DNA of 64,000 nt from Candidatus Sericytochromatia bacterium (GTDB lineage: Bacteria; Cyanobacteriota; Sericytochromatia; S15B-MN24; UBA4093): the NCBI GenBank assembly GCA_036676985.1, contig JAKFBU010000023.1, forward strand, positions 32,001 through 96,000. Direction: 5' to 3'. The position numbers and the translations under genes were made by a program. Below are positions 10,003 through 18,922 of this stretch, piece by piece. Each line of letters starts with the position of its first letter. Position 1 is the first letter of the stretch. The notes beneath the pieces are model-generated. The model saw nothing but the letters and a program-made list of their open reading frames with translations, searched no databases and was not told the origin of the DNA.

Positions 10003-10931
10003 GGCTGGGAGGCCCTCCACGCGGGGGAGACCCAGTTGCCGCCAAGGAGCGTGTCGACGAAGGTCTGCTGATAGGTGGCAAGCTTGCGACCCTGGGGGCG
10101 CAGCAGCCACAGGGAACGCTCGATGGGCAAGTTGCGGATGCGCAGGGCAGCCAGCCGCCCGGCCTCGAGCTCGACGGAGATGGCGTGCCGCGAGGCGAAG
10201 CCCACGCCGAGCCCCGCCATGACGGCATGCTTGATGCCCTCCGTGTTGCTGAGCTCGAAGCGGATCCGGAGCCGGTCCGGGTTGAAGCCTGCCGCCGCCA
10301 TGCGGTCACTGTAGAGGCGCCGGAACTCCGAGTCGCGCTGGCGCAGGATGAAGGGCTCCCCGTCGAGCTCCTCGAGCTCGAGCTCGTCGCGATGGGCCCA
10401 GCGATGATCGCTCGCCGTGATGAGCACGAACTCGTCCTTGAGGATGGGCAGGCGCTCCCAGCCATGGACGCGGCCCGCAGCCGGCTCGGTCTCGGTCACG
10501 GCCAGATCCAGCTCGCCGTCCTGCACGGCACGCTCGATGGCCTCCAGGTCCATGATCCGGAGGCTGACGCGGACGCCCGGAAACTCGCGCGAGAAGGCGC
10601 CGAGGGCGTGGGGCAGCATATAGGTGCCCGGCGTGCTTTCGGCACCGAGCAGGAAGACGCCCTGGGGCATGTCCCGAAACTCGGTCAGCGCATCCTCCGC
10701 CCGCCGAACGCTCGACAGGATATCCAGGGCCAAAGGACGGAGGCGCTCGCCCGCGGGCGTCAACGCCAGCGATCGGCCGCGCCGCTCGAAGAGCGACACC
10801 TTGAGGAATAGCTCCAGCTCCCGGATCTGCTGGCTGACGGCCGGCTGGGAGATGTGCATCAAGCGGGCGGCCTGCGTGAAGTTGAGGGTCTCCGCGGCCG
10901 TCGCGAAGGTGCGCAGCTGATCCAGATTCAA
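9996..10931 (-). CDS. LysR-family transcriptional regulator (CysL-like)
   Basis: N-terminal HTH NFTQAARLMHISQPAVSQQIRELE; substrate domain NTEGIKHAVMAGLG; TTG start. Confidence 0.92.
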   Translation of the reverse strand: MNLDQLRTFATAAETLNFTQAARLMHISQPAVSQQIRELELFLKVSLFERRGRSLALTPAGERLRPLALDILSSVRRAEDALTEFRDMPQGVFLLGAESTPGTYMLPHALGAFSREFPGVRVSLRIMDLEAIERAVQDGELDLAVTETEPAAGRVHGWERLPILKDEFVLITASDHRWAHRDELELEELDGEPFILRQRDSEFRRLYSDRMAAAGFNPDRLRIRFELSNTEGIKHAVMAGLGVGFASRHAISVELEAGRLAALRIRNLPIERSLWLLRPQGRKLATYQQTFVDTLLGGNWVSPAWRASQPC

Positions 10932-10934
10932 TTC

Positions 10935-10983
10935 AATAACCTCTCGTTATTATATTCATTAGTAACAATTTCTTTTACTAATG
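10935..10983. promoter_or_regulatory. LysR-type T-N11-A box plus a second inverted repeat in an AT-rich divergent promoter
   Basis: AATAAC-N5-GTTATT (10935-10951) next to the lysR start; CATTAGTAA-N9-TTACTAATG (10957-10983). Confidence 0.65.
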
Positions 10984-11138
10984 GGTAGATCACGATAGCA
11001 TGAAAACGGGCCCGGAGGCCAGAATCGTGCCGCGCGCGGCGGCCGGTGGCGGCCGGTGGCGCCCCGATGCGCACCAGGCGGTGCCGCGGGCCCCCTGCCC
11101 AGCCTGCGCCGAGGTCGGCGCCTAGAATCCGGATTCCG

Positions 11139-11888
11139 ATGCCCCAGCCTGCCTACATGCTCGCGACCGACCTCGATGGCACTCTCGTCGGGGATGCCCA
11201 CTCCCTCGCCCAGCTGAACGCCGAGCTTGCCCCGCGGCGCGATCGCTTCATGCTCGTCTACGTCTCGGGCCGCAGCCTGTATTCGGTGGAGCGTTTGATG
11301 GAGGCCCAGCGGCTCCTGGTGCCCGACTTCATCGTCGCCGGGGTGGGCACCTCGATCCATCGGGGACCGACCTGGGAAAGCGATGTCCAGTGGATCCAGC
11401 AGATCAAAACGGGCTGGAGCGCCGAGCGCGTTCGGAGCATCGCCTCGTTCTTTCCGGCGCTCATTCCGCAGGCGCCGGATAACCAGGGGCCCTTCAAATG
11501 CAGCTACCAGCTTGCGCCGGCCCATGCAGACGAGACGATCGTCACGCTGCAGGAGAGCCTGGAGGCCCAAGGCGTCGAAGCCCGGATCGTCTACAGCTCC
11601 GGACGCGACCTCGACATCCTGCCTACCCGAGCAGGCAAGGGCAACGCCCTTCGCTACCTGGCGGCCATCGTCGGCCTCCCGCACTCGAGGCTGCTCACGT
11701 GCGGGGACTCCGGCAACGACTGGGATATGCTGTCGCTCGGCGGGCCGGCGGCCGTCATGGCCAACGCCCAGCCCGAGCTCGTCCACTCGCCTCCCTTGGG
11801 AGCCTATCGCTGCCAGGGGGAGTACGCAGCCGGGATCCTCGAGGCACTGGTTCACTACGGCTGGCTCGCGGCCGGTGAGCCGGGCTAG
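11139..11888 (+). CDS. spp: sucrose-phosphate phosphatase-like HAD-IIB hydrolase
   Basis: ATDLDGTLVG, YVSGRS, QGPFKCSY, YSSGRDLDILP, GKGNAL, CGDSGND motifs of the S6PP family. Confidence 0.8.
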   Translation: MPQPAYMLATDLDGTLVGDAHSLAQLNAELAPRRDRFMLVYVSGRSLYSVERLMEAQRLLVPDFIVAGVGTSIHRGPTWESDVQWIQQIKTGWSAERVRSIASFFPALIPQAPDNQGPFKCSYQLAPAHADETIVTLQESLEAQGVEARIVYSSGRDLDILPTRAGKGNALRYLAAIVGLPHSRLLTCGDSGNDWDMLSLGGPAAVMANAQPELVHSPPLGAYRCQGEYAAGILEALVHYGWLAAGEPG

Positions 11889-12277
11889 GCGCCCTCACCC
11901 AGGATGGCCGCCAAGCGGCCCTGCAAGTCATCCGCCTGGACGGGCTTGGCCAGATAGGCGACACATCCCACCTGGCGGCTGCGCAGCTCCTCGGAAAACA
12001 TGGCATGGGCCGTCAAGGCGATGATCGGGATGTCGGCCGTACGGGGATCGGCCTTGAGTTGGGCCATGGCCGTCCATGCGTCGAGCACCGGCAGGCTGAG
12101 GTCCATGAGGATCACCCGCGGCATGGCCGTGCGGGCGAGCTGGACGGCCTCGGCCCCGTTTCCGGCCACGATCAGCTTGACGTTCAGCATGTGGTTCATG
12201 GCCTGGCGGACGACGCGGCGATCCGCTTCCACGTCCTCCGCCAGGAGAACCGTCTTCATGGGGACGAGCACTGACAA
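11885..12277 (-). CDS. single-domain response regulator (CheY/DivK-like)
   Basis: LLAED, ILMDLSLP (phosphoacceptor Asp), IIALTAHAM, YLAKP; start may be a few codons later. Confidence 0.88.
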   Translation of the reverse strand: MSVLVPMKTVLLAEDVEADRRVVRQAMNHMLNVKLIVAGNGAEAVQLARTAMPRVILMDLSLPVLDAWTAMAQLKADPRTADIPIIALTAHAMFSEELRSRQVGCVAYLAKPVQADDLQGRLAAILGEGA

Positions 12278-12405
12278 CTCCCTCTAGTTGGCCCGTTCGC
12301 GGCGTCCAGGGTCGGCCTCGCGTTCGGGGTCGCCATGGGGGTGCTGGGTGCGATGCTACGGGTCGCGATGATGCGGGGGCACTGAGGCGCGAGGCCCCGG
12401 TCGCC

Positions 12406-13662
12406 TCACAGCCCCCCGGCCAGCACGGGAGGGGCGATGCGGGCGGCATAGACCGCTTCGAGGCGCTCGGCGATCCGCGTCCACGTGAACGATTGGCGCA
12501 CGTGCGCCAGGGCACGGGCCCCCATGCGCCGACGTGCCGCCTCGTCACCGAGCAGGCGCTCGCAAGCCATCGCGAGGGCCTCGGCGTCGCGGGCCGGAAC
12601 GAGCCAGCCCGTCTCCTGGTGGCGCACGGTGTACTGCAGTCCTCCGACGCGGCTGGCCACCACGGGTGTGCCGCAGCCCATGCTCTCGATGGCCACCAGC
12701 CCGAAGCTTTCGTAGTGGCTCGGCACTACGCACAGATCGGCCGCCGAGTACAGCAGCGCCAAGCGCTGCGGCTCGAGCTTCCCGAGGAAGGTCGTCCGCG
12801 GGGCGAGGCCGAAGGCCCGGACCATGCCGGAAATCCGTCGGAACTCGGCGCTGTCCCGCGTCGCGGCATCGCAGCCGCCCGCGATGGCGAGGTGCACGTC
12901 GCCTTCGAGCCGGGCGAAGGCCTTCACCAGGCAATCGATGCCCTTGTTGGCATCGAAGCGGCCGGCATAGGCGAGGATCGGCCGATCCGGGGGCAGGCCG
13001 AGCTCTCGCCGCGAGAACGAGGATTGGTGGGGATGGTAGACGGCCTCGTCGATGCCGCAGGGCACGATGGTCACGTCCGTCGGGTGGCCGTAATAGCGAC
13101 GCATGCTGAAGACGTCCTGGGGCGAGGTGGCAATGATGGCGGAGCGGCTCAAGAGCGCTTGCTCCACCGCCAGGCGCTCTTGCCCCGTTGGCGGGACGGT
13201 GCCCTGGGCGGCATACTTGACGGCGCCCAGGGAGTGGTGGGTGTGCGCCTGTGGCACCCGCCAGGCCTCCGCGAGGCGCATGCCGACCCAGCCGGACAGC
13301 CAGTAGTTCGAGTGGACCAGATCGTAGCTCCGGCCCTGGGCCCGGGCGAACTCGCGCACTCGTCCCGCGAACTCGGGCAGGTGCTCGAACAGGCGGTCCC
13401 GGGAGATGAAGCCGTTCGGGCCCGATGGCAGCCGGATGACCCGGTACCGGTCGACCGAGTGGATCTCGGCCGCCCGGCAGTCGCGTCCCCGGGTGAAGAC
13501 GTCCACGTGGTGTCCCCTCTCGGCGAGGGTTCGCGCCACATTGCGGACGTAGACGTTCTGTCCGCCGGCCTCCTCGGATCCCGTGGGCAAGAGGGGATCG
13601 CCATGGACGGACACCAGCGCGAGGCGCAGCGGCGTCGGACCCGAACGGTGCAAATGGCCCAT
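12406..13662 (-). CDS. sps: GT4 glycosyltransferase, single-domain sucrose-phosphate synthase type
   Basis: LALVSVHGDP...EEAGGQNVYV, HSNYWLSG, THHSLGAVKY, PSHYESFGLVAIESMGCGTPVVASRVGGL resemble filamentous-cyanobacterial SPS; ATG 13662 with RBS GGAGG; flanked by spp and invertase. Confidence 0.75.
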   Translation of the reverse strand: MGHLHRSGPTPLRLALVSVHGDPLLPTGSEEAGGQNVYVRNVARTLAERGHHVDVFTRGRDCRAAEIHSVDRYRVIRLPSGPNGFISRDRLFEHLPEFAGRVREFARAQGRSYDLVHSNYWLSGWVGMRLAEAWRVPQAHTHHSLGAVKYAAQGTVPPTGQERLAVEQALLSRSAIIATSPQDVFSMRRYYGHPTDVTIVPCGIDEAVYHPHQSSFSRRELGLPPDRPILAYAGRFDANKGIDCLVKAFARLEGDVHLAIAGGCDAATRDSAEFRRISGMVRAFGLAPRTTFLGKLEPQRLALLYSAADLCVVPSHYESFGLVAIESMGCGTPVVASRVGGLQYTVRHQETGWLVPARDAEALAMACERLLGDEAARRRMGARALAHVRQSFTWTRIAERLEAVYAARIAPPVLAGGL

Positions 13663-13821
13663 CGTTGGTTCCTCCGTATCGCAATCGTCGGTTGCTAGCC
13701 TGGTCGTATGGTATCCTGGGCAAACGATTAATAAAAGAAATGGATTTTCATATAACCCATAAGCAACCATGATAACCAAGGCGCCACCTGGCGTTGGCCG
13801 GCAGGGAGGAGCGAACGTCCC

Positions 13822-15153
13822 ATGGATCGAGACCCCAGCCTTCGGGAGCGCATGCGCGCAGAGGCCGTCACCCTGCTCGCGCGGGCCGTCGTCCATGACG
13901 AACGGGGCGAGCCGTGCGGGACGGTCGCCTCCACCGGCGACCTGGACTCCCACTACCGCAACGTCTGGACCCGGGACAACGTCGCGCCCATGCTCTACTT
14001 CATGGACGAGTCGCCCCGGCTCGTCCGCTCGTTCCTGGAGGCCCTCATGCGCCGCCAATCGCTCGATCGACGGACGCTCGGACTCATTCCCATCGGCTTC
14101 TCGACACAGTTCAACCTCACGGACCTCGGTGGCGAGGAGGCCATCGGGGCCATCTACTCGGTCGATTCGACGCTCTGGTTCCTGATCCTGCTCGGGCTCC
14201 ACGTGGAGACCACCCGGGACCTCGCCTGGCTGCAGGCGCACCGACGTCCCTTCGACCTGGCGCTCGGCCTCCTCCTGGGCCCCCGTTTCGATCCGCTCCC
14301 CCTGATGGCCGCCCCCGAGTCTGTTACCGAGATCGATCGCCCGGCCGGCCTGCACGGCTACCCGCTCCAGCTGCAGGTGCTCATGTGCCTGGCCTTGCGG
14401 TGGTCCGCCCGTCTCCTGAGGGCCCTCTGCGATCCCGAGCAGGCGCTGGTCTGTGAGGGGGAGGCCGAAGCCGTCCAGTCCTGGATCAACCGCTGGTACT
14501 GGATCGATCGGGACGTCCTGGCCGAGCGCGCCGATCTGCCCACGGAGCAGTACGGGACGGGCAACCCCAATCCCTTCAACCTGGACTACGGACGCCTGTG
14601 CCATGCGACCTCCTGGCTCCAGGAGGGAGGCTTCCTGGGCGGCACGGTGCGCGCCCGCCATCTGGACACGCGCTTCTGGGCCTTTCCCAACTGCCTGGCC
14701 GCCCTGGCGGGTATCGTCTCCGAGCGGCGCGCGGCGGCCCTCATGGACCTCGTGCAGCATCGCGCCCCCGAGCTGCTCGGCCAGATGCCGCTCGCCGTCT
14801 GCTGGCCCGAGCTGCGGGGCTCGCGCTACCAGATCCTCATGGACAGCGATCCCCGGGGACGGCCCGGGGTCTTTCACAACGGGGCCTACTGGCCGAATCT
14901 CCTCTGGGCCTTCGTACCGACCGCCCTCATGGCCGGACGCCGGGACCTGGCCGAGAGTGCCCTCGAGCGGGCCACCCGGCACCTCGGGCCGGACTGGGGC
15001 GAGTACTACGATCGCCACGGCCGGATCGGCCGGGCCGCCCGGAGGCACCAGACCTGGTCCATCGCAGGCTATCTGCTCGCCAACCGGGCCCTGGACGCCC
15101 TGCCCGGAGACGATATCGGGGCGGTGCGCCTCACGCCACGCGGCGGATGGTGA
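13822..15153 (+). CDS. alkaline/neutral invertase-like protein (GH100)
   Basis: VWTRD, VDSTLWF, IDR..GLHGYPLQLQVL, YG....NPFN, HNGAYWPNLLW, EYYD, QTWSIAGYL. Confidence 0.85.
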   Translation: MDRDPSLRERMRAEAVTLLARAVVHDERGEPCGTVASTGDLDSHYRNVWTRDNVAPMLYFMDESPRLVRSFLEALMRRQSLDRRTLGLIPIGFSTQFNLTDLGGEEAIGAIYSVDSTLWFLILLGLHVETTRDLAWLQAHRRPFDLALGLLLGPRFDPLPLMAAPESVTEIDRPAGLHGYPLQLQVLMCLALRWSARLLRALCDPEQALVCEGEAEAVQSWINRWYWIDRDVLAERADLPTEQYGTGNPNPFNLDYGRLCHATSWLQEGGFLGGTVRARHLDTRFWAFPNCLAALAGIVSERRAAALMDLVQHRAPELLGQMPLAVCWPELRGSRYQILMDSDPRGRPGVFHNGAYWPNLLWAFVPTALMAGRRDLAESALERATRHLGPDWGEYYDRHGRIGRAARRHQTWSIAGYLLANRALDALPGDDIGAVRLTPRGGW

Positions 15154-15158
15154 GCAAG

Positions 15159-15205
15159 CAACGAAAGGGCCGCCTCCCCTGGCTGGGGAGGCGGCCCTTT
15201 CGTTG
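15159..15205. terminator. bidirectional terminator hairpin
   Basis: perfect 21-bp stem CAACGAAAGGGCCGCCTCCCC / GGGGAGGCGGCCCTTTCGTTG between convergent genes. Confidence 0.85.
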
Positions 15206-15211
15206 GACAGG

Positions 15212-15634
15212 CTAGGCCTTGGGCGGCATGACGAGCGCGTAGCCGTCGATCACCAGGTCCCCGTCCTGGTTGGTGCAGGTGGTCCTGAGCTTCAGGCGCC
15301 TCTTCTCGCTGAGCACCTCGGCGACCTCCACCCGGGCCGTGATCGTGTCGCCGATCCGCACGGGCTTGAGGAACTTCAGCTCCTGCGACAGATAGATGGT
15401 ACCCGGTCCAGGCAGGCGCATGCCGAGCACCGCCGAGATCAAGCCCGCGCCGAACATGCCGTGGGCGATCCGGGTCTTGAAGGGCGTCTGGCTCGCGTAC
15501 TGCTCGTTGACGTGGGCGGGATTGAAGTCGCCCGTGAGGCCCGCGAACCCGTAGATGTCCGACTCCGCGATGGTCTTGCCGAACTCGGCCGCATCGCCGA
15601 CCTGAAACGTCCCTATGGTCCTGGTTTCCTGCAT
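15212..15634 (-). CDS. phaJ: MaoC-family (R)-specific enoyl-CoA hydratase (PhaJ/CroR-like)
   Basis: FAGLTGDFNPAH, RIAHGM, LPGPGTIYLSQELKFLKPVRIGD; divergent from ccr. Confidence 0.8.
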   Translation of the reverse strand: MQETRTIGTFQVGDAAEFGKTIAESDIYGFAGLTGDFNPAHVNEQYASQTPFKTRIAHGMFGAGLISAVLGMRLPGPGTIYLSQELKFLKPVRIGDTITARVEVAEVLSEKRRLKLRTTCTNQDGDLVIDGYALVMPPKA

Positions 15635-15898
15635 GGTGGTCCCTCTTGAGCAAATTGGACGGGGAGCGCCTCAGTTTAACCTGCGAGGGCTGGCTTGACG
15701 AGTACTTAATAACTTGTAATGATGATTCGTAACACACCGTCACCTCTAACCCTTGCCTGGTGGCCGGGGTGGGCAGCCAAGAGAAAGGAGCGGAGCGGTT
15801 CGCGATCAGCGGTGGCCGGAGGCGATGGGGGTCGCCGAGGAAGGCTTTCCGCTTCGGCATTCCGGGTTGAGACGCCAACTGGTACGGAGGAAACCGAG

Positions 15899-17170
15899 GT
15901 GAACAAGACCGCATCGACGTCGTCGGATCTCTATCCGATCGGGCAGCTACCTGAACTGGGCGTCGTGCCCAAGTCCATGTACGCCTACCCCATTCGTCGC
16001 GATCGCTACGGCAGCCCGTCGCAGGCCTTCCAGCGCGAGGTCGTGCCCGTTCCGCAGCCCGGCCCGGGCGAGGTGCTCATCAAGGTCATGGCCGCGGGCA
16101 TCAACTACAACAACGTCTGGGCCGCCAGCGGCAAGCCCATCGACATCGTCGCCAAGCACATGCGGGAGTCGGGCCTCGACTACCACATCGGCGGCTCGGA
16201 CGCCTCGGGCGTCATCTGGGCCGTGGGTCCCGGCGTCAAGAAGTGGAAGCCCGGCCAGGAGGTCATCGTCCACTGCAACCAGACGTGCGGCGAGTGCCCC
16301 GAGTGCAACGGCGGCAACCCCATGTATTGCAACGAGCAGCAGATCTGGGGCTACGAGACCAACCACGGGTCCTTCGCGCAGTTCGCCCTCGTCCAGGCCC
16401 AGCAGCTGATGCCCAAGCCCCCGCAGCTGACCTGGGAGGAGGCCGCCGGCCCCACCCTGGTGCTCGCGACGGCCTACAGCATGCTCTTCGGCCACCCCCC
16501 GCACACCGTGCGCCCCGGCATGAACGTGCTGGTCTGGGGCGGGGCGGGGGGCCTGGGCGTCATGGCCATCCAGCTCGTGCGGCTGGCGGGCGCCAACCCG
16601 ATCGCCGTCATCAGCTCCGACAGCAAGGAGGACTACGTCCTGCGGCTGGGGGCCATCGGCGCCATCAACCGCCACAAGTTCGACTGCTGGGGCGAGATGC
16701 CCAACCCGTCGGATGAAAAGGCCTTCAAGGACTGGATGGACCGGGTCAAGCCCTTCGGCAAGGAGATCTGGAAGTACACCGGCCATGGCAACAACGTCGA
16801 CATCGTCTTCGAGCACCCCGGCGAGTCCACCTTCCCCGTCAGCGGCTTCGTCTGCAAGCCGGGCGGCATGGTCGTCATCTGCGCCGGCACCTCGGGCTAC
16901 AAGCTCACGACCGACGCGCGGATGATGTGGATGCGTCGCAAGCGCTTCCAAGGGAGCCACTTCGCCAACGCAGCGGAGGCCAACGCCGCCAACAAGCTGC
17001 TCATCAACGGGCAGATCAGCCCCTGCCTGAGCGAGGTCTTCCAGTTCGACGAGATCCCGCTCGCGCACCAGCTCATGTCCGAGAACCGGCACAAGCCGGG
17101 CAACATGAGCATCCTGATCGACGCTCCGAGGCCCGGGCTCAAGAGCCTGGACGAGTGCTACCGGGGCTAA
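15899..17170 (+). CDS. ccr: crotonyl-CoA carboxylase/reductase
   Basis: GINYNNVWAA, HIGGSDASG, IWGYETNHGSFAQF, FEHPGESTFP, QGSHFAN (Asn/Glu/His of the CO2 pocket present); GTG 15899 with RBS GGAGG. Confidence 0.93.
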   Translation: MNKTASTSSDLYPIGQLPELGVVPKSMYAYPIRRDRYGSPSQAFQREVVPVPQPGPGEVLIKVMAAGINYNNVWAASGKPIDIVAKHMRESGLDYHIGGSDASGVIWAVGPGVKKWKPGQEVIVHCNQTCGECPECNGGNPMYCNEQQIWGYETNHGSFAQFALVQAQQLMPKPPQLTWEEAAGPTLVLATAYSMLFGHPPHTVRPGMNVLVWGGAGGLGVMAIQLVRLAGANPIAVISSDSKEDYVLRLGAIGAINRHKFDCWGEMPNPSDEKAFKDWMDRVKPFGKEIWKYTGHGNNVDIVFEHPGESTFPVSGFVCKPGGMVVICAGTSGYKLTTDARMMWMRRKRFQGSHFANAAEANAANKLLINGQISPCLSEVFQFDEIPLAHQLMSENRHKPGNMSILIDAPRPGLKSLDECYRG

Positions 17171-17181
17171 GCCTCCAGGCT

Positions 17182-17221
17182 CGCCTGGGAGCGCCGGCGC
17201 GGACGCCGGCGCTCCCAGGCG
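17182..17221 (+). other. intercistronic 18-bp GC hairpin between ccr and mcd
   Basis: CGCCTGGGAGCGCCGGCG-cgga-CGCCGGCGCTCCCAGGCG, no U tract. Confidence 0.7.
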
Positions 17222-17245
17222 CCTATTGGGACGTTTAAGGGAGAT

Positions 17246-18922
17246 TTGCGCATGCACGACGTGACCCCCGCCGACCTCGACCTCGCCCGCGGAGGCCTCC
17301 TGGAGGCCGAGCGGGCGCTGGAGGCTGTCGCCCTGCGCCTGGCCGATCGCTCGACAGGTCCCGACGGGCTGTCCATGGAGCTCTTGGACGAGCACCAGGT
17401 GACGACCTTCGATCTGGCGACCCTCAGCTCCGAGCATCAGGCCGCCTTGCACCTGGTCGCCCATGCCCAGACGACCCGGGACACCCTCGACATGGCCCTC
17501 GCCTGCGGCTACGCCGCGGACGTCACCGCCCGTCTCCGCGCCAAGGTCCAGGAGCGCGCGCCGAGCCTGGGTCTGGTCGAGGAGGGGCTCTTCGGCTCGG
17601 CCACCCGCGACCTCATGCAGCGCTGGCTCGCCCCAGCACGGGTCGAGGGCATCGCGCGGCTCCTCCTCGAGCAGGGGCATCCCGGCACCGACGGCCTGGG
17701 CGAAGAGCACCGCATCGTGCAGGATGCCTTCCGCACCTACTCCGAGCGCTCCATCACCCCCATCGCCGAAGGGCTGCACCGCGCGGACGGGCTCATCCCC
17801 GAAGGCGTCATCGCGGACCTCGCCGAGCAGGGTTGCTTCGGCCTGGGGATCCCCGCCGCCTACGGCGGCTTCTCGGACGAGCCCGACCACGTCGCCATGG
17901 TGGTCGCCACCGAGGAGCTCTCGAAGGGCGCCCTCATCGCGGGCAGCCTCATCACCCGTCCCGAGATCCTCTCCAAGGCCCTGCTCAAGGGCGGCACCGA
18001 GGAGCAGAAGCGCCACTGGCTGCCACTCTTGGCCTCGGGCGAGCGGATGGCGGCCGTGGCCGTCACCGAGCCCGACTACGGCTCCGACGTGGCCGGCCTC
18101 AAGGTCGTGGCCCGCAAGGTCGCGGGCGGCTACCGGATCACGGGCACCAAGACTTGGTGCACCTTCGCGGGGCGCGCGGAGCTCCTCATGGTGCTCGCGC
18201 GGACCGACGAGAGCCCCGCCTCCAAGCACCGCGGCCTCTCCCTGTTCATCGTCGAGAAGCCGCGCTTCGACGGCCACGCCTTCCGTCACGACTCCCCCAC
18301 CGGCGGCAGCCTCGAGGGGCGCGCCATCCCGACCATCGGCTACCGCGGCATGCACTCCTTCGAGGTCAAGTTCGAGGACCTGTTCGTGCCCGAGGCCAAC
18401 CTCATCGGCGGCACAGAGGGGCTCGGCAAGGGCTTCTACCTCCAGATGGAGGGCTTCTCGGGAGGCCGCCTGCAGACCGCCGCCCGCGCCCTGGGGGTCA
18501 TGCGCTCGGCTTTCGAGCACGCGCTGCGCTACAGCACGGAGCGCAGCGTGTTCGGGCGACGCATCGCCGATTACCCGTTAACTCGTCACAAACTGGCCCG
18601 CATGGCCATGCTCATCGCGGCAAGCCGTCAGTTCACCTATCACACAGCCCGCCTCATGGACCGCAAAGAGGGACAAACTCAAGCTTCAATGGTAAAGTTG
18701 ATGGCATGCCGCATGGCCGAAGGGATTGCTCGCGAAGCCCAGCAGCTACACGGCGGGATGGGCTATGCCGAAGAGTTTGCCGTATCCCGGCTGTTCGTCG
18801 ATTCGCGAGTGCTCTCCATCTTCGAGGGTGCCGAAGAAGTCCTCGCCCTGCGCGTCATTGCCCCCGCCCTTATCAAGGCCGCCGGAGACAAGGCGGCTAG
18901 CACGACCGGAGGTCATCGATGA
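17246..18922 (+). CDS. mcd: methylsuccinyl-CoA dehydrogenase (long acyl-CoA dehydrogenase)
   Basis: 558 aa ACAD with N-terminal extension; GSLITRPEI, TEPDYGSD, IGYRGMHSFE, GMGYAEEF, SRVLSIFEGAEE; directly after ccr. Confidence 0.85.
   Translation: MRMHDVTPADLDLARGGLLEAERALEAVALRLADRSTGPDGLSMELLDEHQVTTFDLATLSSEHQAALHLVAHAQTTRDTLDMALACGYAADVTARLRAKVQERAPSLGLVEEGLFGSATRDLMQRWLAPARVEGIARLLLEQGHPGTDGLGEEHRIVQDAFRTYSERSITPIAEGLHRADGLIPEGVIADLAEQGCFGLGIPAAYGGFSDEPDHVAMVVATEELSKGALIAGSLITRPEILSKALLKGGTEEQKRHWLPLLASGERMAAVAVTEPDYGSDVAGLKVVARKVAGGYRITGTKTWCTFAGRAELLMVLARTDESPASKHRGLSLFIVEKPRFDGHAFRHDSPTGGSLEGRAIPTIGYRGMHSFEVKFEDLFVPEANLIGGTEGLGKGFYLQMEGFSGGRLQTAARALGVMRSAFEHALRYSTERSVFGRRIADYPLTRHKLARMAMLIAASRQFTYHTARLMDRKEGQTQASMVKLMACRMAEGIAREAQQLHGGMGYAEEFAVSRLFVDSRVLSIFEGAEEVLALRVIAPALIKAAGDKAASTTGGHR

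Noticed and set aside
12406-15048. 880-aa ORF suggesting a large SPS fusion
   Set aside because: The first half is antisense to the invertase; the real GT4 starts at ATG 13662 with an RBS.
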